Source: Octopus bimaculoides
Taxonomy: Eukaryota
Assembly: GCF_001194135.2 (NCBI RefSeq)
Contig: NC_068983.1
Coordinates: forward strand, 13,975,062 to 14,016,422
DNA length: 41,361 nt
Direction: 5' to 3'
The notes under the pieces are model-generated. The model did not search any database, had not been told where the DNA came from, and saw nothing but the letters and a program-made list of their open reading frames with translations. Positions 23,448-36,833 of the stretch are shown here, in pieces. The translations under genes and the position numbers were made by a program. Position 1 is the stretch's first letter; each line of letters begins with the position of its first letter.

Positions 23448-23820
23448 TACTCTTTTACGTGTTTCAGTCATTTGACTGCGGCCATGCTGGAGCACCGCCT
23501 TTAGTCGAGCAAATCGACTCCAGGACTTATTCTTTGGAAGCCTAGTACTTATTCTATCGGTCTCTTTTGCCGAACCGCTAAGTTACGGGGATATAAACAC
23601 ACCAGCATTGGTTGTCAAGCGATGTTGGGGGAACAAACACAGACACACAAACACACACACTTATATATATATACATATATATACGACGGGCTTCTTTCAG
23701 TTTCCATCTACCAAATCAACTCACAAGGCTTTGGTCGCCCCGAGGCTATAGAAGAAGACACTTTCCCAAGGTGCCACGCAGTGGGACTGAACCCAGAGCC
23801 ATGTGGTTGGTAAGCAAGTT
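23448..23820 (-). mobile_element. SINE family B
   Basis: Highly similar to 39202-39637; internal (CA)/(TA) microsatellite; minus-strand B-box GGGTTCAGTCCC. Confidence 0.92.
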
Positions 23821-23822
23821 AC

Positions 23823-23965
23823 CAAATCTGCAGAGATCGACTTTGCCTTTCATCCTTTCATAAAAGGGTCGATAAAATAAGTGCTAGTTGAGCACTGGAG
23901 TCGATGTAATCGACTAACCCCTACCCTGAACATGCTGGCCTTGTACCAAAATTTGAGACCATTAT
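23823..23965 (+). mobile_element. Family-A SINE, 3' half
   Basis: GATCGACTTTGCCTTTCATCC...GGGTCGATAAAATAAG core and tail. Confidence 0.8.
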
Positions 23966-24611
23966 TATCTATGTTAATAAGCATCCAGATGATGTCGGTA
24001 GTTTGTTGTATTGGATATAGATGTACAAAGGATGCTCTTTCTTGAAGTTCTCATGGTTTTCAATTTGGATAGAACTTTCATTAAAAAATTTAACCGTTGT
24101 AAGGCACACAATATCCGGTACGCAGCAAGTAGTACTTATTCATTCCCAAAAGGTGTCATCTGTGTGTCTGCACATTTATATTCGCTACGCTGATCTATTT
24201 AGACTCAAATTACCAAAACTAATTTTCAATTAGTTATAAATGTTTATTATATTCCACTCGTGGAAAACATACATCATCTAAATATAAAATAATTATTAAT
24301 AATATAAATAAATAGAAAATTTGTTTCATATGTTATACGCTCATGGACACATGTTAACACCTACACAAATATATTTCTATAGATTCACCATGTGTATGCA
24401 TGTGTAAATGAGTAGGTATGTGCCTTTGCGCATGTATATTTACATTATAATTATATAAGATTTTAAATCAATTAACAATCGCTTCGATTATCATTCAAGA
24501 GGAAACTATACTTCTTATTATATTCCAAAATTCTAATCAGACTTTCTTTCTTCCACAAGAATTAATACAATATTCCTAATATTGATTTTTATATATACAT
24601 CTGTGTAAATT

Positions 24612-25204
24612 ACACACAGACACACACGCACACGCACACGCACACCCGCACACACGCACACACGCACGCACACACACACACACACACACAGACACACACG
24701 CACACACACACACATACACGCACACACACACACATAAGGAATGAGAGAGAGGGAGAGAGAAAGAGAGAGAGGCAGAACATATACATGTCTCTACACACGC
24801 ACACACATATAATATATATATCTATATATATCTATATATATATATGTATGTATGTATGTATATGCATATCTGTACACAGATCCAAACATGCACAGACACT
24901 CATATATTATGTTATTAAATGCACGAGTCCTTTGACTTTGTAAAAAATGACATTATTATCTGCATTTTAGGATGCCTCACTTCTTAATCCTGACATAGAT
25001 TGATGGTTTATCAAAGAAGGCTACACATTTTGAAATGCTATCACGAAAGAGCGAAATAAACTTACGTACCCAATCATTATACCTGTATGTGTGTATGTAT
25101 GTATGTATGTATGTATAACTGGCTGGCTGTATATGTCTGTATATATATGTATGTATCTATAGATAAAAATACTTGTGTGTGTATATATATATATATATAC
25201 ACGC

Positions 25205-25246
<42 letters not shown>

Positions 25247-25359
25247 ATATACCTATCCATCGTTTGTTATATATATGTGTGTGTATATAAACATATATAT
25301 ATGCGAATATATCCATGCATATATATATTTGTATATATATCTATACGTATGTATATATG

Positions 25360-25407
<48 letters not shown>

Positions 25408-25500
25408 CATACACACACGCGAACATATATGTATCAGCGTGTGTGTGTGTGTGTTTGTGTGTGTGTTGTGTGTGTGTGTGTGTGTGTTTATGTGTGTCAT
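24612..25500. repeat. (CA)/(GA)/(TA)/(TATG) microsatellite-rich block
   Basis: Direct inspection; explains ORFs between 24533 and 25569. Confidence 0.9.
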
Positions 25501-26224
25501 TGCAGATTTTCAGATATTAATAAAGTCTGCTGCATTTTTTTCTTAAACAGACCAAAGAAAAGAAATTGAAAAAAAAAAGAAAAGAAATTCTAAAGTCTGG
25601 ACATATAACATTTTAACTACTATCTTTTAAATAAATGTTCTACAAAAGTATTGCGTTAAAGAAAGTTTTTTTCTTAAAAAGATAAATGGTGTAATATTTA
25701 CTCATATATTTCAGGAAGTAATTATCTTGTCTTTTGTAAATAATTTATTTTGCAAATATCTATTCAAAACTTTTAACTGCCTACTGTATGTGTCAGTGTA
25801 GTGTATAATTTGACGTGTTTTAAAATATCTTTATACATTCCAAACCTGAAAATGACTTCCAGCATTCATTTAAAAACATTTTTGGCTTTCTTTTTGGTCT
25901 ATTAAATAATTTATAAAATCCATTAAACTCCTTGTCTCATTTATGAAAATAATATCAGAGAGATTTTTTTTCTCCTTCTCTGAATAATAGATATTTTCCT
26001 AATACATAAAAAAAGATGATCATTTATGTCGAATATAAATGCATTGGCAATATCGCTGTTGTTGTATAGACCAAGGTAAATCTTGATAGGCTGAATCAAT
26101 AAATAAAAATATTCTAATCGTGACCACCCATTGATTTTGAGGAAGAATAATGTTTTTTGTAAGATGAGCAGGTGTGATTTTAGGGAACTTTGGTTAATAT
26201 TTTTAGCAAGTAGAACGACCAGAT

Positions 26225-26420
26225 AGAAATTCTTTAGCACAAGGCCAGCAAATGCGGGGGAGGGAGTAAATCTATTACATCGATCCCAATCCTCATCTGG
26301 TACTTATTTTATCGACTCCGAAAGGAGTCAAAATCGATTCGGCGGAATTTGAACATAAAGACGGACGAAATACCGCGAGGCATTTTTCCCAGCGTGCTAT
26401 CCATTCTGCCAGCTCGCTGA
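26225..26420 (-). mobile_element. Older family-A SINE
   Basis: Reverse complement of head, core and old-type tail. Confidence 0.8.
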
Positions 26421-26497
26421 CTTATGTGCAAAAGACTACTAATTTGTGATAAGAAGTGGAACTAAAACCTCCATGACATTCAAGCTGTGACCTTCTA

Positions 26498-26730
26498 TTC
26501 TTATTTCTTTATTACCCACAATAGGATAAACATAGATGTGACAAACAAGGACAGACAAAGGGATTAAGTAGATTACCTCGACCCCAGTGCGTAACTGGTA
26601 CTTAATTTATCGACCCCGAAAAAATGAAAGGCAAAGTCGATTTCGGCGGAATTTGAACTCAGAGCGTAACGGCAGGCGAACTACCGCTAAACATTTCGCC
26701 CGGCGCGCTAACGCTTCTGCCAGCTCGTCT
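26498..26730 (-). mobile_element. Family-A SINE, young-tail subfamily
   Basis: Reverse complement closely matches 20570-20796, including the tail. Confidence 0.92.
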
Positions 26731-27149
26731 TCTGTTCTATTAAGTGCTGACTAAGACTACATTATGTAATGTGTCATTTCCTTTGTGAAAATAGCAAGAT
26801 GTGATTTCAGGGGGATTTGACTGCACTTTCTAGTCTAGTAAGTATAAGGCCAAGACAGGGGCTTCTTCGTTGAATATATGTTGAAAATATTGTTGCTGTC
26901 GTGCCTTGAACGTAAAATTTCAGATTTTATTCTTCTCCGTTTATTTTGCTTTATGTATGTGTTGTTTAGCTTCCAGGTAATTGGTTACGAAGAAGTGCAC
27001 CACATTGCACAGGTGAACTGCAAGAATTATCTAGGAACGTCATGAAACTAACGAAATTATATTAGAAAAACGGGAAAAACCACAAATTGAAAATCCCATG
27101 GTTCCTTATATAACATAGATTCTTTATAATTTTCTGTACTTTAAATTAT

Positions 27150-27610
27150 TCATATCTATCGACTACAATACACATACACATACATATAAGTATACACATG
27201 TACAGCACCATTACACCAACATAACATCCTCCCACACACCCAAAATCTCACATCACTTTACTCCTATATTTGCACATCCTCCACACAGCCCGAAAAGTCC
27301 TCAAGCACCCCATATCACCAGACACACACACCTCTCTCCGTGTCCATCTTTATACATGGGTACCCTTATATACCTGCGCATACCCCCTCACCATATCCCC
27401 CTGTCCTTTTCTTGACATAGTACCACGTTTCGACCTAACCACTAACCATTAACCACTTTGTTTCCTTAAATTTTCTTCTCGTCTTTTCTCATTCTGTTAC
27501 TTTTTCTGATGAAGGAACAGCGTCCGAAACGTATGTAGTGTTTCCTTCTTTTATATGCATTAAATTATTACATTTTAAAAACTTGTACTACGCGTGTTGT
27601 TTCCTTTTTT
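27150..27610 (+). mobile_element. Probable Penelope-like element 3' fragment
   Basis: C-rich segment, hammerhead core, downstream ATTAAA and T-rich tail. Confidence 0.5.
27502..27540 (+). ncRNA. Decayed minimal hammerhead motif
   Basis: CTGATGA-A-GGA(acagcg)TCC-GAAAC-gtat-GTA; core intact, but stem I does not pair. Confidence 0.55.
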
Positions 27611-27629
27611 GTGCTGATTAACGAATATC

Positions 27630-27764
27630 TATCTGTGTGTGCGTGTATGTATGTTTGGATGTATGTATGCATGTATGTATGTATATATGATGTATGTATA
27701 CATGTATGTAAATATGTATGTATGTATATATATATGTGTGTGTATGCATGTATGTATGTGTGTG

Positions 27765-27796
<32 letters not shown>

Positions 27797-27802
27797 TGTA
27801 TG

Positions 27803-27837
<35 letters not shown>

Positions 27838-27949
27838 TCTTTGTGAACAAAATGCGCCAAAATATTCTCAATTGGTCGAAAGTGTGTCGTGAGGGGAAAA
27901 AAAGGAAGAACAGAAGCTTCTTTACTGAATTTTCAGAATCGCAAATGCA

Positions 27950-28025
<76 letters not shown>

Positions 28026-28055
28026 ATTATCATTATTATTATCATCATCATTGCC
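27630..28055. repeat. (TATG)n/(TCTA)n and (TTA)n microsatellites
   Basis: Direct inspection. Confidence 0.9.
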
Positions 28056-29397
28056 ATTTTTTTTGTTGGGAATGTTATGTTTATTTCTGAATTCTAATTA
28101 CTTATTGTAGGAGAACGTTCTGTAAACAAGTTTTGTTTTTCTTTAATGAGGAGAATCAATGAAATAGGCAGCTGTTCTAGCTTAATTTTAGCAAATGTTG
28201 GATTATAGTTATTAGATGGCATGTTCAATTATCAGTGTGTGTATATGAATGCCGTTATGAACGTGACAGATGTTAATCTGATTATAGAGCTTACTGGAGA
28301 CTTTTCTTGTAATATATGAAGCTAGTTATTAGCTCCTTATCGTTTCAAGCTAAAACCCAAGCTATTTAATAGCCATCTATTATTTTCAAGCTAAAATTTA
28401 AAAAAAAAGGAAACAAAAATAAAGAAAAATATAGCGTGTGATGCCAATCTAATTTTCAATTTATTAAAAATACTAGTTTGGGCAGGTTTATTAAATATAT
28501 GTTATCTGAAATAAATATATGGAAAAAAGAAAAGGCAAAGAAGAAGGATTTCGAGGGAGAGCTTATCATGTCTATTGTTTAGTAAAGAGTTTTAAAACGA
28601 GAGAAACATTTCTGAGAAAGGAAAATAAATGACAAACGTAAAATAACTTTTGGGAAAGCAAATAATATATATCAGAACAAAGATCCGAACATCAAAGCAA
28701 ATGGAACAAAGTAGCTTCATAGAATTTACATCAAAACGGGGGTACAAAATTGTTGAATAGCGTTTGGTTACTTTGAAGCATATATTTTGATGTACTTTAG
28801 CACTTAAAATGAAATAACAAGAAATAAATATAAAACTACGCGTTAGCAATTTTTGGCATTTTAGACCATAGAAAAAAAAAAGGGAATTAAATAAGAAAGT
28901 AATATATATTTTAAATATTATTGAAATATCAATGAAAGTAACTTAAAGTGATAAACATTAAACAGACATTCACAGAATGGATTTTGTGGCAGATTATCAA
29001 ATCAAGTTCCGTCAACGTTTTAACAATTTCAGTAAGCATAATTTATGGTCTCGATTCAATAAAATTAACACAATATAGGAAACAGCAAGTTGTAAATTGC
29101 CAACGTTATCGGCAATACAACAACCGATCCAAAGAATAAATTATACTCTTTAAGTTTTAGTATTTATTGCTTGCCAAGTGGATATTTTCTTACGTATAAA
29201 ACAACGAAATGGCTTGCTCGTTTATGTGGTTTCGATCAAGAGAACCTTTATAAAACAAGCATAATAATTAATGCTCTATTGAGTGAGAAGATAGCTTCTT
29301 TGAAGCTAGAAATAGAGCCAAATGTGTCTCAATTGACGCCATAGCTGTCTCAAAATGTGAAGAGCATATTGGATGATGTGGCCGAGTATGCACATAA

Positions 29398-29761
29398 TGC
29401 ACCTCATCGATTACGACAACGAGGGTTCCAGTTGATCAGATCAACGGAACAGCCTGCACGTGAAATTAACGTGCAAGTGGCCGAGCACTCCACAGACACG
29501 TGTACCCTTAACGTAGTTCTCAAGGATATTCATCCTGACACAGTGTGACAAGGCTGGCTCTTTGAAATACAGGTACAACAGAAACAAGAAGAAAGAGTGA
29601 GAGAAAGTTGTGGTGAAAGAGTACAGCAGGGTTCACCAACGTCCTCTGTCGGAGCCTCGTAGAACTTCAGGTGTTTTCGCTCAATAAACACTCACAACGC
29701 CCGGCCTGGGAATCGAAACCGCGAGACCGCTGCCCTAACCACTGGGCCATTGTGCCTCCAC
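29398..29761 (-). mobile_element. Near full-length SINE family C
   Basis: Matches 41073-41361 and the head at 22563; flanking repeat TGCACATAA(TGCAC) at 29389 and 29762. Confidence 0.92.
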
Positions 29762-30569
29762 TGCACATAATGCACATAAATGAAAAAGTAAGAAATGGGA
29801 CGTGTTTGATTACGGTTCTGTTAGCTCAGTTAGGAGTAGTCTAGGCGCTAAACAACGAGAACGAAAACTACAAAAAAAAAACACAACAAAAAACAAAAGA
29901 CAAAACAACACCAATAATCGTCGTATGACTTCTTTCTTCATTCTTTAAACGTAAAGATGCATATATTGGTATTGTATTATATATAAGTAAAACTGTAAAA
30001 ACTCGCTCTCTGTACACTACAATTATATTCCCTGCTAGATCGAAACTGCCTTAGCTCCGCAGGGCTTGAAGTTTCGTAGAAATAAATACAGCTATTTGAT
30101 GATCAGATGCAATCTTTTTTACTCCTAAGTAATATATACATGTAGCTCTCTGTGTATCACACTCAATGTATATACACAATTGATAGACCTGTTACTGCAG
30201 TATTCGTCCTGACATAACATCTCCTATATAGGAAACAGTGAGTAAAACATTTTCATTGGCGATGCGAATAGCAGCAGTGTAGCATGTTTCGTATGTCTTT
30301 TTTGATGTGTAATCCTGACATTTACAGCATACTGTGAACAAGTAAGGTGAAACTGAACATAGTAATGTAAGTGCTAACATATCATGGTGAGCACATTAAC
30401 TTTAATTAAATAAATAAGTCATTACTTACCTCCTAACGTACGTTAACGTAGCTGTCCCTCAGTGTGTAAAACACTAGGTTCCTACCCCATAAAATATTAG
30501 TGAACTTTTTTGCCTTCACCTTATATTAATGAGAAACAGTTTGCATTGTATAATCCTTATTTCTTCATT

Positions 30570-30975
30570 CGACTTGCTAGAAATAACTACAAAATTCATT
30601 AAATCCCATCCATCTCCCTTAAAAGTAGAGCGCATTTGATGATTTAGTCCTAGATATCTGAAAATAAAATAAATCCCGGATAAAATGGCCGAAGCTAGAA
30701 TACATTTAATCAGAGAACACCTTAATTAACACTGACCTGGAAGAGAAATAACAACAACAAGATTAGCAACGAGGGAGCCTATACAAGTTTATTCACCATG
30801 TTAAAAATAGCAGTCAAATTTCCATAAGATCAGAATGTACCTCTTAGAAAAGTCTCATTTAATAATGTAGTCAGGAATAGACAACGCTTCAAATAAGAGA
30901 AATTGGCCGTAGCAAGAGCGATTTCGATTCTAAGTCTGCCCGATCAGGGCTGATCTCGGATAAACGAAAACAACA
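30570..30975 (+). mobile_element. Two tandem old repeats, family E (SINE 3'-like, ending in (AAC)n)
   Basis: GCTAGAAATA...GTCCTAGATA...CTGACCTGG...AACAACAAC layout twice; similar to 31680-31910. Confidence 0.5.
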
Positions 30976-31679
30976 TTTAGGTTTACTCATAAATCAGAGC
31001 ACGAAATAAATCGTATAACTGTGGGTGAGTTAGAAAAAGAAAAAAAAAGAACAATAAAATAAATTCGTCATTGAGGGAATAGTTAGATTTGCCATCATGA
31101 GCCTCACAAAATGTTGAAATGTCATTTCGTTTAGAAAATGGCTTTTCTCTGCAGTTTCTTTCTCATCTGTCTTGTCCTACCAAAATTTATAAAAACCCTT
31201 CATACCGTAACTCACGTATTTACTCTTCATTTTGACACTGAATTACCATTTCCTTTTCATTATATTCCTCTAAGAAATATATAACCTTGTAGCAAACAAT
31301 AAACAACTACGGAATGAAATCTGATGCTGCACACTTTTTCCGTGTGTGTAACCTTAAGACATCCCAGTCATACGGTTGAATCCCTAGAAAGATCTTTATC
31401 GAGTTTCAGTATATCTTCATGATATTTGGCTTGTGATGTTGTACGGAAAGCTAAAATGTAATAAAACCGCGCAAAAAATATTTATTTATTAGAAGCCTTT
31501 CTACCACAACACTGTCTATAGACAATGGAAGTCATAAATATGTAAGGATAATGGAAATTATACCGGAACATTCATACTGTGAAGAAAGTTGCGTGACCAA
31601 GACGTATTAATATAAAAAGTGAGTATGGTAATAATTCACCGAATATTCTACTTAAGGTAAACTTACATTTCTTATGAGT

Positions 31680-31910
31680 TCGATGGGAGACCATCTACGT
31701 GGTCGTCTGGCCTGCAAAAATAGCAACCAAACAATGACTCTCACATGGTATCGTATTTTATAAAGGAAAGAACAAACTTAGATAGTGTAGTCCCGAATGG
31801 CAATATCTTTGATAGCCAAAAGGCAGGATGGTCATAGCTGGATTCTCTTTGAACACATGTGTGTTCGATCATGGACGACCTGGGGATAGATTACAACATT
31901 AACAACAAAA
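31680..31910 (+). mobile_element. Old repeat, family E
   Basis: AAATAGCAACCAAA...GGCAGGATGGTCATAGCTGG...GACCTGGGG...ACAAC. Confidence 0.55.
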
Positions 31911-33377
31911 ACAATAGCAACTCAAAGTTCATGTCTGACAAATGAAGTCTTGTATGGAATGTCGCTTAGTGCAGTCTAGTATAGTGGTGTACAGCAATAG
32001 CATGGTCCTATACGCATGTATTGTATACTATTGTTGGTCTTTGATTCTTTGTAAAAGAAGAACCAGTTGATTAGAGTTATAGAATTTTCTAGCCCTAAAA
32101 AAGGAAGCTGGACTTTTGGATACAATTTATGCTATGTTACGCATGCAGGATCGCTGTGTAAGAGCATCGCAGATTGTGAGGCCTAGCATACTTTTTAGTG
32201 ACATTAAAGATCTTAATTGTGTGTTGTTGGAGATTAAAACGGACGAGACACACCATTATTTCGTTGATATGAACAGAGATTATGTTCCTCTTTATAATGT
32301 TGCAAAGAAGAAAAAAAAAAACAAAAAAAAAACAAAGAAAAAGTCATAGCTGCATTCGGTGGATTCGTTTTTTTTTTTTTGCAGGGGCGATTATTTATGG
32401 GGGCTGAGTAAGGTTATCGAGATGCGTCCAGATTGTTTATTGATGGCGCCCGTGGAATTCGAATGATAAAATAATCTTTAAAATCTCTGAAATATATTAA
32501 AGAAAAAATGCGACCATGAAAGAATACAACAGCCATCAACTAGACTTTTTAACCAGGAAATATTTTCATACGATTTCCAATCGAGAAAGGCTAGGAAATA
32601 GGAAATATCAACATTAGAAATACGAACCAAACTGGCGATAACCACTGTTGTATCCATACAAGCAGTGTGATGTCAAGGCTCGTATTCATATCACACATAG
32701 ATTTACGAGTGCAGATATTATAGTTAAAGTTCTTTTTTTTTTCATAACGATAACCTATAAAATAAATTTCAAGACATAAAATCGATATTGAAACCAAATA
32801 AATGCAAATATATAACTACCGAGTGCAAAGAACCTACTGAATATGTATATCGTTGAACTTGGATACGATTGAGGCGAGATGCTAGTAAATTTTGCAATAC
32901 CACTTTTCAACCTTATGAAACTTAAAAGTTTATATGGAAATGAAATAAGAAAATAAAGCGTTAAACTAATATCAATATATTTCAAATTAGTTTTGAGAGA
33001 AATCTAGGAAGATAAGTAAATTTATTCATTTGGAGTTTATTTTTCTTTTAATGTCTACAAATTTGATTCCAAGTCTGGGAATATGGCAACACTTCACACA
33101 TAAACTTATGTCAAAACATTCATAAATTTTTCCTTGATGTCGCTGCTACTGTTGTTACTCTTATTGTTTCGCCTCAATGGACAGTACCCAGTGATAATTT
33201 GACTTCAGTAATTTTCGCTATATGTTGATGTAAGACTTTTATCATATGTGTATACTCCTCTCTGGTGTATGTCAGACCGTAAACTCGTCTTTTATGCGTA
33301 TGTTATTATGCAAGACTTGCTGTTACCAGGCTTTTCGTGTTGTAATAAATTAGTTTTAGTGTTTTATGTTTGTAACA

Positions 33378-33500
33378 GTGAAGGCACGTGGCTTAATGGT
33401 TAGGGTTTTGAGGACGTGAGCATGAGTTCGTGTGTTCGATTTCTCGACCGGGTGGTGAGCTGTGTCCTTGACCAAGACGTTTCATTTTATGTTGCTCCAA
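33378..33500 (+). mobile_element. SINE family D, head
   Basis: GAAGGCACGTGGCTTAATGGTTAGGG...GTTCGATTTC...TGTGTCCTTGACCAAGAC. Confidence 0.75.
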
Positions 33501-33763
33501 TCTCCACAGCCTAGAGTTGGTGCACTGTTTTATACTTCCAGCGGTTGTATCCTAGGTGTTTCGCGGATCAAGGAGGGTGATTTGCCAAGAAAATATCTGT
33601 CTGCTCACGACTACATAGATCCCTAAAGCAGTCAGTGAAATCATAATGCATGCTACAAACTCATGTTCACTTGCAAGTGACGGCTATAGTTTTATATGTT
33701 TGAAATGATAATTTGTAAATGAGTGTTGTTGTTTCTGTTTAACATTACGTTTGGTCTAAATAT

Positions 33764-33767
<4 letters not shown>

Positions 33768-33818
<51 letters not shown>
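33768..33818. repeat. (GA)n microsatellite
   Basis: Direct inspection. Confidence 0.97.
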
Positions 33819-33820
<2 letters not shown>

Positions 33821-34297
33821 CAACAGATGAGATTTAGAGATTCTCAATATAGTAAACACTTCTAGCACTTAAATGATTTGAACTTACACTCCGAAACCTT
33901 TACCGAGGACCAAGTTTGAGGAGTAAAAGTCAGATTTTTAACTCTTCACCCCGAAGACGAAGGTCAGATTTAGCCAATGTTTATTTGCTTCCATTACTGG
34001 CTGCATATTCTAGTGAACTACATCTGCCAACATGTAACTCCGAGCCCCCACCCCAGAAACAGCCGTCGGACTTGTAACACCAAACCTTNNNNNNNNNNNN
34101 NNNNNNNNNNNNNNNNNNNNNNNNNNNNNNNNNNNNNNNNNNNNNNNNNNNNNNNNNNNNNNNNNNNNNNNNNNNNNNNNNNNNNNNNNNNNNNNNNNNN
34201 NNNNNNNNNNNNNNNNNNNNNNNNNNNNNNNNNNNNNNNNNNNNNNNNNNNNNNNNNNNNNNNNNNNNNNNNNNNNNNNNNNNNNNNNNNNNNNNNN

Positions 34298-34347
<50 letters not shown>

Positions 34348-34410
34348 TACACAAGTATATATATCTTCTATATTAAACGCAAGCAGTTTTATACGTTTAC
34401 TTGCACCATT

Positions 34411-34534
34411 GTCTGTCTGTTTGCCAGTCTGTCTGTTTGCCAGTCTGTCTGTTTGCCAGTCGGTCTGTTTGCCAGTCTGTCTGTTTGCCAGTCTGTCTGT
34501 TTGCCAGTCTGTCTGTTTGCCAGCCTGTCTGTTT
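34411..34534. repeat. 16-bp minisatellite GTCTGTCTGTTTGCCA, 7 full units plus a partial
   Basis: Units start at 34411 with period 16; one substitution in unit 4. Confidence 0.95.
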
Positions 34535-35639
34535 CTGTCTGTCTGTCTCTATATGTGTGTGTGTATGTGTGTGTGTGTGTGTGCGTTCGTGTATGCATGT
34601 ATGCATGTATGTATGTATGTATGTAATTAGGTAGGATACATGTCCCAGCAGACTGTATCAAAGAGGAGTTGGAAATTATATTAACTAGCATTTATCGCCC
34701 TACTTAATAACCCTAAAGAAGTAGATGTTTTTCGCACTCACAGGAAGTCTCGGACCTTCTGACAATACTGGATGACTCTTAACTGTAACTGCAACGTTAT
34801 AGCTTGGTCTTCTGCTCTTTCCCAACGTGCTACGATTGTATCTTTGCCACAAGGTTCTCGTATTGTTGCAGAAACAGAACGAAAGGTATACAGTATCCTA
34901 CATCGGAATAACACTTTTATCTCGTTCCCGCATTTACGCAGTATGTGTTCCCTTACTACGTATTGCCATATTGTGGTTGTTTGTTACCACTGTTATTTCT
35001 CTTGATACTAGATTGGCTAAAATCTGTTTTTTCTCTGTTTCCTCCGTATCATATTTGTGCATATGGTCTTATGTGAGCGTGTGTGAGTACATATATGTTC
35101 ACCACAGCTTGTATGGGGAGGCATAGTCCTGATATCCCCCTTTCTCCCACATCATCTCTCTTCTCTCTCATGCATTCTTACTCTCTCACTTCCTTCACCA
35201 TCTATTCTGCTATAATAACTTGACGGTTCTTATTTACATGCTGGTCTGTACAAGGGTCTGCAATTTTGCTATATTTTCGCTAATAATACTGACAAAATGT
35301 GTTGACAGCATTGTGTTATGTAATTGGTCAAAAGGCTGACCGAAACACATGTACATTATATAAAATATAAAATACCGCTTATATTTACTGTGTTCCTTTT
35401 CCGTATAATGGCCTGGAATCTGTACACTAACCTATCTGGAGTTATGATGTTTATTGCCAAATCATGGAGAACATTAGATTGGGGTGCCGAAAACTTTTGG
35501 CAGCGTGTCGTGCATTCTACCGCACTTTTAAAGTGTTTATACATATATTATATAAATGTATGTATGTATATTTATACATATATTACACACACACATACAC
35601 ACACACAGATATGCAAACAGCTTAAAGATCCATTAGAGG

Positions 35640-35950
35640 TAGAATCAACAAAAAAGTACTCCATCTAGTGAAAGATAAATATCAAGTTGTGGTTTAATAA
35701 TTGACATGGATTCCATCCCTATTACACAAGGAGGATAAGAACAAATAGACATGAAACTCATAGGTCCAACTTCTCCGCTCTTTCTTTTAAGTTCTTATCT
35801 TTTTTGCACTGATGAGTACTTTGATATTTGCAAATTCTGAAAATGGTTTTATATGTATTTACGAAACGATCGTATGCACGAATAAACTTCTTACAACTTT
35901 TTAACATCTTATCTCCTCCATTTTTGACAAACATGATTAGATTTGTAGAC
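35640..35950 (+). mobile_element. Probable Penelope-like element 3' fragment
   Basis: Hammerhead followed immediately by AATAAA (35881) and a T-rich tail. Confidence 0.5.
35805..35878 (+). ncRNA. Minimal type I hammerhead ribozyme, intact core
   Basis: TGCA-CTGATGA-GTA-(41 nt)-TAC-GAAAC-GATC-GTA-TGCA; all core residues present; predicted cleavage after A35874. Confidence 0.85.
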
Positions 35951-36079
35951 CTTCATTCTATAATTTATATATATATATATATATCATTATTCATTATACT
36001 TTAGGAAGAATAGTATTCACAGTGACTTCGAAGTTTCTGTCAGCTAACTCAAAACGTGTCTATGTATACACACACGCAC

Positions 36080-36135
<56 letters not shown>

Positions 36136-36784
36136 CAGAGAGATAGATAATAGAGAGAGGGAGAGGGAGAGAGAGAGGGAGTGAAGGTATATAATTTCAT
36201 AACTAGAAACCACACGCAATGCAGTTCCACAGATGTAAGGCTCAAATATTTGGAAATGTCAAAGCAAACAAATACAAGTTGTTATTTTTGTAAGTTAATA
36301 TAGTGAGTTAATATGTAAATTTTCTATTTAGCATGAAGTTTCAAGTTAAGCTACATTGCCAAAGGTACCTACAACACCCTAATATGCATGCATGTTTATA
36401 CATATGTATATACATATGTGTATGTATGGATGTTTGTATGTATGTATGTATGTTTGTATGTATATATATACACACATACGTAAATTTATATTAGGCTATT
36501 TCCAGTGAGTTGTGAGTGTTCACGAATGCTTTATTCCTGTTTAAATTTTTCATTAAAAGCAAGCATTGAATGTTGTCACATAATAAATGGATTGCCTACA
36601 AATATCTCACACTAGATGGATTTAGATGGGTACACGTGATCAATGTTTTCTAATTGAAGGCCTTCAAATTATATGCTTTATTTCAATTCCATTAACCCAA
36701 ATGACTATAGTTACAGACACTATAATACTAAATATACACGTGAATACATGCAAATGTGTGTGTATATATATATATCAGGTACAC

Positions 36785-36833
<49 letters not shown>

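Noticed and set aside
30192-30380. 62-aa minus-strand ORF with a hydrophobic start
   Set aside because: No recognisable homology; length within chance expectation
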